The notes: generated by a model not told the origin, from the sequence alone. A stretch of 64,000 bases of DNA from an uncultured Nitrososphaerales archaeon (GCA_963713605.1 CAVQMO010000010.1:896001-960000), one strand, 5' to 3'. Positions 47,718 to 59,414 are shown, numbered from the stretch's first letter. Program-made: numbers and translations.

Positions 47718-48608
47718 TTATGCTTCCAATATTTTAGCAATAGGATATCTTCTACTTGTCAGAAAACGGGAAATCAACTCAGCAATTAACTCGCCTTCCT
47801 CTTCCAGCGCGAAATGACCAGTATCCAACAAATGGATTTCAACGTTCTTTAGATCACGTTGGTACGGAATTGCACCTTCCTTAAGAAATATGTGATCATT
47901 CTTGCCCCAAACTACGAGCGTTGGTGGTTGATACATTTTAAAGTACTCTTGCCACTGGGGATATAATGGAAGGTTGGATCTGTAGTCATAGAATAGTTGA
48001 AGCTGAATCTCTTTGTTGCCTGGACGTTCTATGAGTGACTGATCAAGAACCCAATTGTCAGGACTTATTGCATTTTCGCTTCTCACCCCATGTGTATATT
48101 GCCATTTAGTTGCTTCTATAGTCAAAAATTTCATAAGGGCATCTTTGTTCTTTTCATTTGGCTCGGTCCAATAGGCTTTAAGAGGCTCCCAGAATTCCCC
48201 TAATCCTTCGTCATAGGCATTGCCGTTTTGTACTATCAGGGCTTCTATCTTTTCAGGATTTTTTACTGCAAGGCGGTATCCTATTGGGGCACCATAGTCC
48301 ATAACGTACATGCTAAATCTTTCCAAACCCATCTGTGCTATGAATTTGTTTAAGATCTCAGCCATATGGTCAAATGTATACTGAAACTCCTCTGCAGAAG
48401 GCATGGAACTATAGCCAAACCCAGGATAATCGGGTGCGATCAGATGGAATTTGTCTGCTAAGGCAGGTATAAGGTTCCGGAACATGTGTGACGAAGTTGG
48501 GAATCCATGTAATAATAGGATCGTCGGTGCATTCTCTTTATTCCCAGCCTCGCGATAGAATATTGTCTGTCCATCAATGTTGATGGTTCGATTTATGGTT
48601 TTCACCAT
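47718..48608 (-). CDS. Alpha/beta hydrolase (epoxide hydrolase/dehalogenase-like)
   Basis: [39 protein letters not shown]. Confidence 0.93.
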   Translation of the reverse strand: MVKTINRTINIDGQTIFYREAGNKENAPTILLLHGFPTSSHMFRNLIPALADKFHLIAPDYPGFGYSSMPSAEEFQYTFDHMAEILNKFIAQMGLERFSMYVMDYGAPIGYRLAVKNPEKIEALIVQNGNAYDEGLGEFWEPLKAYWTEPNEKNKDALMKFLTIEATKWQYTHGVRSENAISPDNWVLDQSLIERPGNKEIQLQLFYDYRSNLPLYPQWQEYFKMYQPPTLVVWGKNDHIFLKEGAIPYQRDLKNVEIHLLDTGHFALEEEGELIAELISRFLTSRRYPIAKILEA

Positions 48609-48613
48609 GGTTA

Positions 48614-48666
48614 AGATATCTAGATATCTGATATTTATTTCTATCGATCTAGATATCTAGATATCT
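48614..48666. promoter_or_regulatory. Two perfect 16-bp palindromes AGATATCTAGATATCT in a divergent promoter
   Basis: 48614..48629 and 48651..48666. Confidence 0.8.
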
Positions 48667-48694
48667 TTAATTAGTATAAAAGGGAAGGATTGGT

Positions 48695-49387
48695 ATGGTA
48701 AAGGACTTGTTTGTTCGAGGTTTCGATGAAAAACTTCATGCGAAGGCAGCCCAGATTGCCACTAGTGATAGTGTTACTCTCGCTTCAATTGTAACGGATG
48801 CTATTGACAAGTGGGTTAAAAATTACGAAAAAAATAAACATAGGCACAATTTGATTTTGTATTCTGATCAGATATCATTAAAGAAATTACTGGACGAAAT
48901 CGACAAGCTGGCCTCAGACAATTGGCTCAAAGCTTATTGTGGTCCGGCGAAACACTCTGGCATACAAATTCTGAATAAGAAAATGTGGGTTGATGCAGCA
49001 CGTGATTACTATGAAGAGTTAATAGAGAAACCACAAGAAACGGCGATTAAAGTTTTCGATACTATCAATGGCAAAATTGGGGATAGAAAAAGCAACGGTA
49101 ATAACAGAAATAATACGAATCTATTACCACTGATAATCACTTTCTTAGTTGAAGATATTTCTCGTAACGAGTCTGTAAAAAAGGCTGCAGGGGTTTGTGG
49201 GTGGTATGAAAGTAAATCTATGCCAGGAATTACTTACTGTATAGCAAACACAAGAACTGTTCTAGCCGGATCATTTGGCGATCTGTTTGAATTATTTAAT
49301 GCCCATAACGCAGTATTCCTGATTAAGAGTAACAAGATATATCGGTTGCGTATAGATGATGAACACTTTTATTCACTTCTAATTTGA
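48695..49387 (+). CDS. Ribbon-helix-helix regulator fused to a putative sensory (MEDS-like) domain
   Basis: KDLFVRGFDEKLHAKAAQIA...TLASIVTDAIDKW strand-helix-helix pattern; HNLILY...ITYC...H. Confidence 0.7.
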   Translation: MVKDLFVRGFDEKLHAKAAQIATSDSVTLASIVTDAIDKWVKNYEKNKHRHNLILYSDQISLKKLLDEIDKLASDNWLKAYCGPAKHSGIQILNKKMWVDAARDYYEELIEKPQETAIKVFDTINGKIGDRKSNGNNRNNTNLLPLIITFLVEDISRNESVKKAAGVCGWYESKSMPGITYCIANTRTVLAGSFGDLFELFNAHNAVFLIKSNKIYRLRIDDEHFYSLLI

Positions 49388-49774
49388 TCCAGTAAGTCCC
49401 ACTGCGTTACGTGAAGGTTTTAACATTATTTCGTGAAATGAACGATTTGCTAGATTCGCATTTGTGTTAAATTCATACCACCTTCAACAAACTGAAAGGG
49501 ATGTATCTGAGCCTGAAAATCATGCCAAAAATGGTTCACAAACCAGTGGTTGGATTCAGTGGAATCAGTGGTAAGATTCTTCTAGCAGTTACATTAGTCA
49601 TAAATAACAAAGACTACCCCGAAAGGAATGCAGGTATTATAGACTTACAACAAGATGGAAGAATTGTTCGTTAAGACTAGTTAATTTTTAACTTGATTCT
49701 ACGAAGACTAAGAATATGTGATAATATAATTTTGAACTTTTTGCGCGCAAAAGTTGCGAAGCCTATTCATTGAA

Positions 49775-49996
49775 CTATGGAAATGGTATTACTGAAGGAA
49801 TTTTTTCCTCAATATTTCCTCTGTCATAGTCATCATCATTTTCGGTTTCTTCTTCTGACGACGATGAAGGACAATCCACTGGTGAAACTGTTTGGCGATT
49901 GCAATCTGTAGATCCCTGTACATCTACACTAGACACGAAGGCAAAATACCCCAGTAATACGAGAATAAATACTGGGATCCAATTGGGCAATCTCAT
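49775..49996 (-). CDS. Small secreted acidic protein
   Basis: Signal peptide; ends IPSVIPFP. Confidence 0.65.
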   Translation of the reverse strand: MRLPNWIPVFILVLLGYFAFVSSVDVQGSTDCNRQTVSPVDCPSSSSEEETENDDDYDRGNIEEKIPSVIPFP

Positions 49997-50348
49997 TCGA
50001 TAAATCGGTACTAACTAACTATTAATATTTGACTTACCGATCATGAATCTATCTTAATCATATAGAAGATACATACGGGATGAATGCATTCGTATAGTGG
50101 AAATAGATTGATACAAATGTAATGACGCCACCTCCCTCCTTTTATCATTTTTATTAAGTGATAATTGTACTTCATGTGTGCGATAGTTGGCCACTGGCAA
50201 TGACAATAACTACCCAGGTGTGAAAATTGAAGTTATACGTGGAATGGAAATTATTACCAAGGCTACGCTTACTCGATTTTTCCCTTACAAAGCATTCAAT
50301 TGATTCGTGTCTAGATAAGGATAATCATAAAACAATAGTGACTCAAAA

Positions 50349-50800
50349 TCAAATAGTAACTGCAATAATAAATGACAAAAACAGAGGAATTAAGTCTAGG
50401 GTAATTACTGAAGCAGGACATTCGAGTTGATTGCATTTACGCAAATTGAAAGTTGTATGATTTTCATGTGCCTTTATCAGTGCAGGTCTAAGTTGTTTAT
50501 CAATGCTTAAGGAATCATTAGTACCACCAAGTTCTTTTACCAATGCACTAGACATGGCTTTCACATCAGTAGCATTTAATAACGATCCTGGTGCTGGTTG
50601 CGGTATATTGCCTAATTTTATATCATGATCTACTAATTGCTGAACTGATATCAATCCAGTGTGATTCTTATCCAAGACTTCCATAGTGTACAATAATGGC
50701 AGGATGACTTTTTGATTATAATACAAACTTCGAACGTTCTGAGCTACAGTTCCCATATGGATAATGTTCTTAATTCTTGTAGAGTTATCAATAGCAACTC
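50349..50800 (-). pseudogene. Alpha/beta hydrolase internal fragment
   Basis: VAIDNSTRIKNII/MGTVAQN...VLDKNHTGLISVQQ matches the 35555 relic. Confidence 0.6.
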
Positions 50801-51061
50801 ACGGAATCACTAAAATAGACCGTCATTATTTACAGGTAGTCGAAAAGATAGAAGTTAATTTGGGGGCCCCGTCATCCGGACCTAATTTTAGGCCATCTAT
50901 GTTACTATGAACAGAAACACTTCTTAAGAATCAATCAATCAGGTTTTTCTAATATCAGTAATGGGCCCATTTACCATAGATGGTAAAGACTATTATTTGC
51001 TGAATAATAAATATTATCTGTTACCTAATAGTCTGTTGTAGTCTTCTGTCTGGCACATATC

Positions 51062-51301
51062 CTATGCCGTCGTTTCTACTTCTGTAATCCATTCACACTT
51101 TAATCCAAATCTCGCATGATGTTTTTCTATTGCTTCCTTATTGGGAGCATCAAGAAGACAAAAGAATCTGTCCTCCTCTTTATTGTAAAACATATTCTCA
51201 GGTTTGACACCAAATTCATCCACAGGAGCAGGCAAGGTCCATTTTCTTAAGGTTTCTTCATCAAAGCCTTTCATGGAATGTACATCCAGAAACTTTGGCA
51301 T
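51062..51301 (-). CDS. DUF4242 (SCO4226-like) protein
   Basis: MPKFLDVH...FCLLDAPNKEAIEKHH. Confidence 0.85.
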   Translation of the reverse strand: MPKFLDVHSMKGFDEETLRKWTLPAPVDEFGVKPENMFYNKEEDRFFCLLDAPNKEAIEKHHARFGLKCEWITEVETTA

Positions 51302-51911
51302 TCCATAATTCGCTCATTGCTAATATATTTAAACGTATATTTTTTGTAAATGTCATTACTAAGATTTAGCATTTTTTTAGACGACGGAGAGACTATAATA
51401 AGATCAGTACAGACTGACTTTCATGCATAACTGCGCAATTTCTTAGGTACGCCTCCATTATTAGTAAACTCCGGGTTCTTCCTTACATTGCTCCATAGTC
51501 TTACCATTTTTATATGCATGAACACGGCTATCACAACTATTTAGATTATTAGTTTTCTCCATAGATATACAACTAAAAATGGAAGGAATGACTAATAATA
51601 ATATACATTCAAGGGAGTACGCTTAATACTTCGTTCTAATATTTCCACGGATATCTTCTTAATTATGGGCTCATTCTCGATTACAACTCTTCTTCTCCCT
51701 GCCTTTCTTTACAATGTATCTGCTGGCAAGGTAAGCTGCTAAGGCGGAGGCAATTGCAATAGCGATTTTTCTCTTAATAGACAATATCTTATTAATATGC
51801 TCTAATGGACTTAATAATCATGATCTAAAATTGACCTATAGTTCTAAAGCTGATGAACTTATGGGACAATTCTTATAATTGAATTCTAATATATTCGATT
51901 CAATTGCAAAA

Positions 51912-52263
51912 ATGCAAAAGAAGAATCTAAATACATCACCTGATGAAACAAGAACATTCGAAAATGGTAGAATTGAGCTGGCGAATCTTGGTGACGTCAC
52001 AATTGGTCGAGCTATATTTCAACCAGGTTGGAGCTGGGAAAAATGTGTTAAACCCATTGTGAAAACAGATAGCTGCCAGGTGCCGGATACTCAGGTACAT
52101 TGTTTCTGGTAGAGTTAAGGTGGTAATGGACGACGGCGAAGAAGAAGAATTCGGTCCAGGCGATGCTGCTGTAATCCCACCGGGACACAATGCGTGGGTT
52201 GTTGGAAATGAACCTGTAGTCGGAATTGATTTTACTGGATTAAAAGAGTATGCCAAGACCTGA
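51912..52263 (+). pseudogene. Cupin domain protein, frameshift near 52100
   Basis: FQPGWSWEKCVKP...SC + IPPGHNAWVVGNEP. Confidence 0.85.
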
Positions 52264-52449
52264 AGCCATAGGTAATAGACAATAGTCTATTTCCTATTTT
52301 TTGGAAAGTAATACTAATGGATACTAATGAAACTGTATCACTAGGCCGATGCCTTCTGTGTTGACTTCTGATATGGTCTTGAGGTTTCTTGATGTGTCCT
52401 GAATTTAAAGTTGCAGACTCGATAAATAAGCCGTCTTGCTCTTGGATTG

Positions 52450-52550
52450 TTCATATACATATAATACGCCGTATAGGACGTGTAGTGATGCCATTTGTGC
52501 TCATCGGACTTGGAATATATTTCCTAACGAAAGGGTTTCTCATTGGGTAG
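52450..52550 (+). pseudogene. Cadmium-resistance transporter (CadD-like) C-terminal fragment
   Basis: RRIGRVVMPFVLIGLGIYFL. Confidence 0.45.
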
Positions 52551-52711
52551 TGTAGGCATCCGAAGTTAATCACTGCGCAGTTGAAGTCCGTGTCAGACTC
52601 CATATGTTATGGAAACCGCAGGAATCCGGGACTATTCAAGCAAACTTCAGTAAGTCTGCTGAGAGGTTACGTTTCCAACTATTCTAAATGTGCCTCAGAC
52701 TTACACAGGAG

Positions 52712-53029
52712 TTAAAACCAAGTGCCATTATTTTGACATTCTCTGTTTCCACCAGGCATGGGCACTACCGAACCTGGGCTGTATAGTTCACCTTTATACA
52801 AGCAATCTTTAGTAAACACTTCGTCTCCGCCAGGAGGTATATTTACAGGGAACGAATCGTTAGAAGGTATATTTATTCCCGGCGACAAAGATTGATTCAT
52901 TCCGGTTGGCGAGGCGAACTGACTTAATGCAGATTGAGGCATAATTGCCGCTGTCACAAGTGCAGCGAAAAATCCCAATGTGACTACAATCCCCCTCAAT
53001 AAATGGTTATCATTCACTTGGAATCTCAT
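52712..53029 (-). CDS. Secreted protein with small Cys-containing C-terminal domain
   Basis: Signal peptide; CLYKGELYSPGS...ECQNNGTW. Confidence 0.7.
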   Translation of the reverse strand: MRFQVNDNHLLRGIVVTLGFFAALVTAAIMPQSALSQFASPTGMNQSLSPGINIPSNDSFPVNIPPGGDEVFTKDCLYKGELYSPGSVVPMPGGNRECQNNGTWF

Positions 53030-53456
53030 CGTCTCACAATTTAGCGTACTGTCATACTAAAACTTTTCGACAGGGGACTAACTGATTCTTTGTTGATGTT
53101 TGGATATGATTAATCAATTTTAACATATTTCCATATGCTTTTGGATTTGTCGAACTCTCATCCTCGATGGTTCCGAATCCCACCGGCTCGTTTCCTATCC
53201 AATGATCTCTATACTAAATGAGACCTATGCATTATGATGAGTCGGCAGCTGGATATAATTGATAGTTTCCAGATCAATCAAGATACGATCACTCAGGGTC
53301 AACAATCAGGAGGGGGCCAAGATGGCCGATTTGATACATTTGTGCAAAGACCTCAGGAACAAAGGCTGGAAGATTGATAAACGGTCCGGCTCGATAAATA
53401 CGCCTGAACGGTACGGATCGTAAGATGTGTGAGCCCCGATCGAACAGAATGCTTCT

Positions 53457-53552
53457 GCAGTCGAAGACAGTTTAAGTAACGTGGATAAAGAAGCAACTTC
53501 ACATGATGACTGCTTTGATGCGTTCAGGTTATCTTTACAGTTTTGGTACTGA
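53457..53552 (+). pseudogene. TerL-like C-terminal tip relic C
   Basis: AVEDSLSNVDKEATSHDDCFDAFRLSLQFWY*. Confidence 0.7.
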
Positions 53553-54126
53553 TACCCTTTTGTTTATGAATCTTGACTCGCTATAACTAAATGTAATGAG
53601 GTAGATGTATAGGACTAGTGAGCCAAACGTATGGATCTTGTGACAACAACAACAACAACAACAACAACAAACTCGCAGCGACAACAAGAACAACAACAGC
53701 AAGGATATGGCCTTGGCACTAGAGGCCCAACTAGTACAAACAGTTGAAGAAGCACAAAGAGTTATCGAGAAGTACCACCTAATAAATAACAGTTAGCCGT
53801 AATAACACGTACCAGAAACCTCTTTTTTTAATATAGACGGATGAGTCTGCAGTTCTGGCATTGATCTAGGTCTTTGATACTTCGGTAAGGATGTCTCCAA
53901 CCGTGTCCTCACTGCAATCAGTCTAATCTTACTTAATGCTAGGATCGCATCCATTTCATCCATTTCGATACGGCGTGACGGACTGCCTTCCCTTCTGGAT
54001 ACTGTTACGATATAGCCATAAGCTTGATCATCGAAGTGGCATACCATAGAATTGATGATCGGATGATATGAACTAGGAACCAGGATGTCCTTGCAGTTCT
54101 TGCGACCTGATTTTACACTGTAAGCG

Positions 54127-54543
54127 TTACGTAGTCGTGGACTCCACGTCTTTCCAGAAATCATCCCATGTGATATAGGCCTTATCCCTTAGTTGTTTCC
54201 TACAAATATTACGAAGTCCTGAATCAAGTGGTATTGTGAAGGTGTTGTTGTGTTCGACCATGAGATCCGCTTCCACCAGAAGTCTATAAATCTCGTTATG
54301 GACTCGTTGATAAAATGGATGTTCTCCACTGAACTGGTATTCATTTACCCCCAACTGATCCAGAAAACCTCTAGCACACTCTTTGATCATATCTACACCA
54401 TGAAACGACGTAGGTTCGTTGGATATTATACGACTGCATACGCATTCTAAAATGCGACTCTTGAGCAGGTCAATATATTCCTCTTCATTCTTTTGTCCAC
54501 TTACTCCGTGTTCCATCGATCGGTTCCATTGCGATACTATCAT
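54127..54543 (-). CDS. Hypothetical protein
   Basis: 138-aa ORF divergent from the wHTH gene. Confidence 0.5.
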   Translation of the reverse strand: MIVSQWNRSMEHGVSGQKNEEEYIDLLKSRILECVCSRIISNEPTSFHGVDMIKECARGFLDQLGVNEYQFSGEHPFYQRVHNEIYRLLVEADLMVEHNNTFTIPLDSGLRNICRKQLRDKAYITWDDFWKDVESTTT

Positions 54544-54575
54544 TTATGGGCTTCTCTTAGTGATTTCCCTACCTC

Positions 54576-54851
54576 TTGCCCCAGCGTGACAAATGCACCA
54601 TTGTTAAAGATATTCTAGAGATAGTCCATACCACCACGCCTCTTTATCGCAATCAAATGAATCAGACGAGGATAGGCCACCATGCAAACCTGACGCATCC
54701 ACAAACCGTCAAGTATCTAAGGCAATTAGTAGACTTAGGGCTACTCATTTTGACGGATTTCAGGCCATTTTCATATTACGAAATCACTAAGATCGGTCGT
54801 CGATGTCTGCAGTTATTCGGCGAATTGGAAGATGATTTACGGCCTGTCTAG
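54576..54851 (+). CDS. Winged-HTH protein (HTH_45 type)
   Basis: RDKCTIVKDIL...TRIGHHANLTH...YLRQLVDLGLL...YEITKIG. Confidence 0.8.
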   Translation: MPQRDKCTIVKDILEIVHTTTPLYRNQMNQTRIGHHANLTHPQTVKYLRQLVDLGLLILTDFRPFSYYEITKIGRRCLQLFGELEDDLRPV

Positions 54852-55299
54852 CCACCAGATTCCCACCTCTGACTTTTAGCGCAGGCTAAGTCAGTTAACC
54901 TTTATTTAACTAGCATACAAATGCGTTACTATAAAGAGATAGTTGAGTATGGTGATGATTGGGGCTCGATTATTCCTGAACCTACCTTGAATCCCCTGAG
55001 CCCAAAATTTGGGTCAAAAATGGTTCACGCACCCATGTGCCCGTGGAAATATTACTTCTAAAATATGATTCTCTGATCAGAGTAATTGTCATCCAGCAAA
55101 TGACGTAAGTGGTTAAATACGGCGACCTATTCGCCAGTTTCATTCGGTATTGGTTTAGCGAAATGAACAATAGTGTGACCTGCAACAATCAACAGCAAAT
55201 CTGACAACAAATAACACTATTCTCTAGGAACATATGAAACAATTCAATTACAAAGTATGACAAAACCTTATCTATACCTGAAATGATTTAGTAAAGTAT

Positions 55300-56538
55300 T
55301 TGCAGTCACAAAAATCCATACCCTTAGTATTAACTTCGGTCGATATTATTTTTACGTTATTATTGCTATTGATATTATCAATCTCATATTCGCTTTTTCA
55401 TAAGGCTTTTGCTGCATCGCCTCCGTTTGATCAAATTTTCATAACTGATGAAGAAACCAGTAATCAAACTAATGATTGGGTTCAAACTTATGGTAATGAC
55501 AGCACTCATTTGAGGTCTGACCATGTAAACCTACTGGCAGTAGATTATGTTAGTGATGGAAAAACTCTAGACACCACGCTTTGGTTAGCATCGAATTTGG
55601 AAAATGCTTCTACATATAGTCAACCACTCAAAAGGATTAGGTATGGTATGCTTATTGCCATTGTTTCCTTGCCTCAAACTTCAGGATATAACGGAGCAAA
55701 TTACAACTATTATATTGAAGAAGTTGATGGAAAATGGAGTGAATATCTTTACCAATTGTCATCAACGGGTTCTTCTGCGCTCATAGATTCTAAGATAAAC
55801 TATACAGAATCTTTTGGTGGCCCTACTGTAGGGCCAGGATATGTTAAACTGCAATTAAATCTAAGTTCTATAAATAATCCTACGGCATACGGCTTATCAT
55901 TTTATACTGCAGAATCCGACAAATCAAATGAAGTTAGAGATTTTACAAACTGGATTGCTATCCCTCCTGCTACTATTGACATGTCGACAAGTCCCGAGAA
56001 TATAGTCATGAGACAAGGAGAAAAGCGCCTTATTACGGCTGACGTGGATACGCCCTTTTCTAATAATGTTACAAGTATAACTTTCGTTAATGGTACAGAT
56101 TACAGTTCTAATGGCTTAAATGTATCTACACAAAGAATTCACCCTCCATTATTTGAGGTAGAGGTTTCTCCACAAACACCAATAGGAGCGTACCATATAC
56201 CGTTTGTGGCTTCAATGTTAATATCAACGACATATACGACATCGACTAACACTCCTGTTGCCACTGCTACTTTTGACACAGGAGCCACTGGAGTTGTAGA
56301 TCCAGAGTTTCAGGTATCAAAGAAATATCCAACAGTTGGATATATTACTGGTCCGGGAAATTTAACAGTAAATGTAATAGCACCACTTACTGTTAATGAG
56401 ATATTTCTGGACTTTTGGACCACATATGCGACAACCATAGCGATTGTTCTAAGTGGTATGGTGGGTGTGCTTATGACATTTATTGTAGATCATATGAGAC
56501 GTAGAAAGGAACACAAACAGAGTACGGAACACAAATAG
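55300..56538 (+). CDS. Surface protein with N-terminal signal and C-terminal TM anchor
   Basis: 412 aa, S/T/N-rich, TM helix followed by RRRK. Confidence 0.8.
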   Translation: MQSQKSIPLVLTSVDIIFTLLLLLILSISYSLFHKAFAASPPFDQIFITDEETSNQTNDWVQTYGNDSTHLRSDHVNLLAVDYVSDGKTLDTTLWLASNLENASTYSQPLKRIRYGMLIAIVSLPQTSGYNGANYNYYIEEVDGKWSEYLYQLSSTGSSALIDSKINYTESFGGPTVGPGYVKLQLNLSSINNPTAYGLSFYTAESDKSNEVRDFTNWIAIPPATIDMSTSPENIVMRQGEKRLITADVDTPFSNNVTSITFVNGTDYSSNGLNVSTQRIHPPLFEVEVSPQTPIGAYHIPFVASMLISTTYTTSTNTPVATATFDTGATGVVDPEFQVSKKYPTVGYITGPGNLTVNVIAPLTVNEIFLDFWTTYATTIAIVLSGMVGVLMTFIVDHMRRRKEHKQSTEHK

Positions 56539-57059
56539 GGAAAAATCCAATCCATCAACCTGTACTCCAGGTCTAACCGAATAAATAAAGTACCTTGATT
56601 GTACTATCAGCAAGGATATAATTATTCTGATACTAAAGTAACCTAGTCGGTGATGGCATAACAAATAACTCAAACCTATACAGCATAGGGAAGACCTTTA
56701 AAGACCAGTAAGACGTGGCAATAGTAGACAAGACTGTTTCGATTTTATTGTGATTTTATGACCATTGTGGATATATCGGCGCTAGAGGCCTCCCTCCATT
56801 TGAGGATATACTACGAAACGATGGTGCAATCAATATAGTAGTACAGGACTGGCTAGATTAACCATAAACATAGATGTATCCTGTTATCACTGATATAGGC
56901 TAGATATGAATTCAGTAAAAGAAAAGTTAGCCCTGGAGTAATCCACATGGTTCTAGCCCTCTACTGTTCCAGAATAGGCCATTTAACACACTGTGGGAAA
57001 GATGATAAAAATATATATTTCTTTCACGCGACAAAAATCACTGCGAAATAGTATCCAAA

Positions 57060-57326
57060 ATGTCTCCAAAAATATTGGCTATAATCTTTATTGGAGGAGG
57101 TATATTACTTGTCTTTGCCTTATCCGGCTTCCAAGTAACAAAACTGTTTTCTCCAGGGATTACCGAGGAAGTAGTTGTAAGCGCCAAACAAAGGGGATCG
57201 TGTATTGTTGAGGCATCTGACAGAGTCCCGAGAGAAATTTCAAATTGTCCTTACGAGGAAGGTGAGAATATAATTATCACTTATAAGGCTCAACAACCTT
57301 CAATCGAATCTCATAGAACTCTGTAA
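57060..57326 (+). CDS. Small membrane-anchored protein
   Basis: N-terminal TM helix, OB-like beta region. Confidence 0.65.
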   Translation: MSPKILAIIFIGGGILLVFALSGFQVTKLFSPGITEEVVVSAKQRGSCIVEASDRVPREISNCPYEEGENIIITYKAQQPSIESHRTL

Positions 57327-57729
57327 TGGACATCGTGTTTTTTGTCATTGCGTAATCTGAAAATTCTCCTTAATTTTGGCATATTCAACTTCGCTTGGTG
57401 ACTCGATACGGGAAAAAATTGAATTGGGCGATAGTGAAGATGATGCTAGCGGAATCACAAGATCTTTCCTTGCAATGAGGCATAGATGATGCATCCTGTT
57501 ATTATCAAGATTTAATGCTAGTGATTAAATTTGTGATTAGTCGCAAGCCGATCCTATAACCGCTTATGCCCATGTCAGTTTAGGATTACCCTCTTTCTGA
57601 CATATCTCGATAAATAAGTGACTTATTTCGATTTTACATAGGGAAATTTAAGAATGGGTTTTGAGTATTATATCCAGGTAATATGCTATTAGTCGCAGGC
57701 CGTAAGAGGCGTATCAGCGGTGAGTACTT

Positions 57730-57966
57730 ATGAAAAACGACCACCAAATAGTCACTACTAATGAACTAATAGGTGTGGAGATAATAAAATATCTTCTTTC
57801 AAGGCTTGTAGTGGACCACGTTGGTATTGAGAGAATGGCGGAAGAGCTTGACCACGATGAAAAACTAGTTTCAGAGGTCTTAGATTTTTTTATAGATATA
57901 GGTTGGATTAGGCAGAACACAAATGGGACCTATCGAATAACATCGAAGGCCATCGAAAGAACATAA
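57730..57966 (+). CDS. Small winged-helix-like protein
   Basis: FFIDIGWIRQNTNGTYRIT; paralog at 31415. Confidence 0.7.
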   Translation: MKNDHQIVTTNELIGVEIIKYLLSRLVVDHVGIERMAEELDHDEKLVSEVLDFFIDIGWIRQNTNGTYRITSKAIERT

Positions 57967-58266
57967 TAAGCGTGTATGACTATTAGTTTCTATACTTCTG
58001 ATAGAGACGATAAAATTGTAATGGTAATTTGAGTTCTCATCTCAAGTGGTTTTCGATCTTGTGATGTAGATTCTGTTCTTATTTTAGAATCACACGTAAT
58101 TGTATCAATGAAGTTTACAAGAGCTAAAATCAAAATATAATAAAGACAGTCCAGGGTAGTTTAGTGGCAGTGCATTAAGTTAAACTAATTTACTGGCAGG
58201 CTAGTCAGCATTACGTACTCAAGTAAAATAAGATTTCAATTTGCTAATCGAGCGTCGAATGGCATA

Positions 58267-58410
58267 TGTCATAACTAGCGAAAGACATATTTTTCTAATG
58301 TAAGTGACCATCTCGAACGGCATGTTGTAGTTCATCACCTAGACTTGCCGGGTTACCCGGGGCCTGCAGACATCGAGCTTTATGGTCTGAAGAAGCAGGG
58401 TATATATTAG
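58267..58410 (+). pseudogene. Zn-finger PGYPGPADI relic
   Basis: LERHVVVHHLDLPGYPGPADIELYGLKKQGIY*. Confidence 0.7.
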
Positions 58411-58779
58411 GATGCAACCCTATAATGGGTATTAGTGGATATTAATGTCAATAATTACCGAATATTTATATAGAAAGGGGAAGGCAACTAGCAGAAATGA
58501 AGTTCTTATCAAAAGCAAAAAAAGAGATCGTTTGTGCTCTAGTTAATTGTGGCTGCCGTGGTAGAATAGAATTCAGGCGTGAATTCGAAGCATTTCTTTG
58601 TGATAGCCATCTCATGTGGGCGATTAGAAAGAACTGGGGCAGTTATGAATAACGAGAATCTCAAATAATTCCGATTATGATTCATTAGACATAGGAAAAC
58701 GATTACGTCCCTACGGTTTATTTGTCAACCGCTATTACAACTAGGGTACATGTGAGGATAAAATCGTTAACTTCTTAAT

Positions 58780-58915
58780 GTCTCTGACCGGGTCTGAAAG
58801 CCAGCCAAAAAGATCTTCCAGAACTTTGTTCCATTGGTCCATAAGCAGTCAACCATTGAGATGAAGGAGAGAACATATGTCCAAAGTCAGGATATGTTTT
58901 CAATGAATGTAAGTT
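58780..58915 (-). pseudogene. Alpha/beta hydrolase C-terminal fragment
   Basis: HSLKTYPDFGHMFSPSSQWLTAYGPME. Confidence 0.55.
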
Positions 58916-59414
58916 TGAGTCAAGAGCCACACCCATAACAGGCTCTTATGCTTTGTATAATAGCGTCAAAGTTTTTGTTACAGTAATTGAATGATACTAA
59001 TCTACAATTCGAAGCCTGATTGCTGCTTTGTGACAGGCTTATCGCATATAAAAAATCTTTCCCAAAAATCCCTGGATCTAAAAGCTTGTTTATTCCGTTG
59101 TCGGCTAACACATCCCCATTGGCTAGTGTTGAAGAAATCATTGTTGCTCCAATGAACCCTAGCATTATCATGACACAAATATAGTCCCATTCAATCCTAT
59201 TTCTAGGCAGAGTAATTAATATTTAGAATCTTCTTAAACCTGTTTATGATTCGTCAAATTCATTTATTATCACCAATACAAAATCCTATCTGGAGTCAGT
59301 TCTTGCTTGAACATCAGTTCTTGCTGACTCATCGTACATGTATTATACTCAACAAGCTACTTAGAGAGAATTGATAGACCGTCATTGCCAATCAGTTGAA
59401 TTGCCACTCTCATT

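Noticed and set aside
53643..53700. (CAA)n microsatellite as a phase-variation tract
   Set aside because: Triplet unit, not within a recognisable gene
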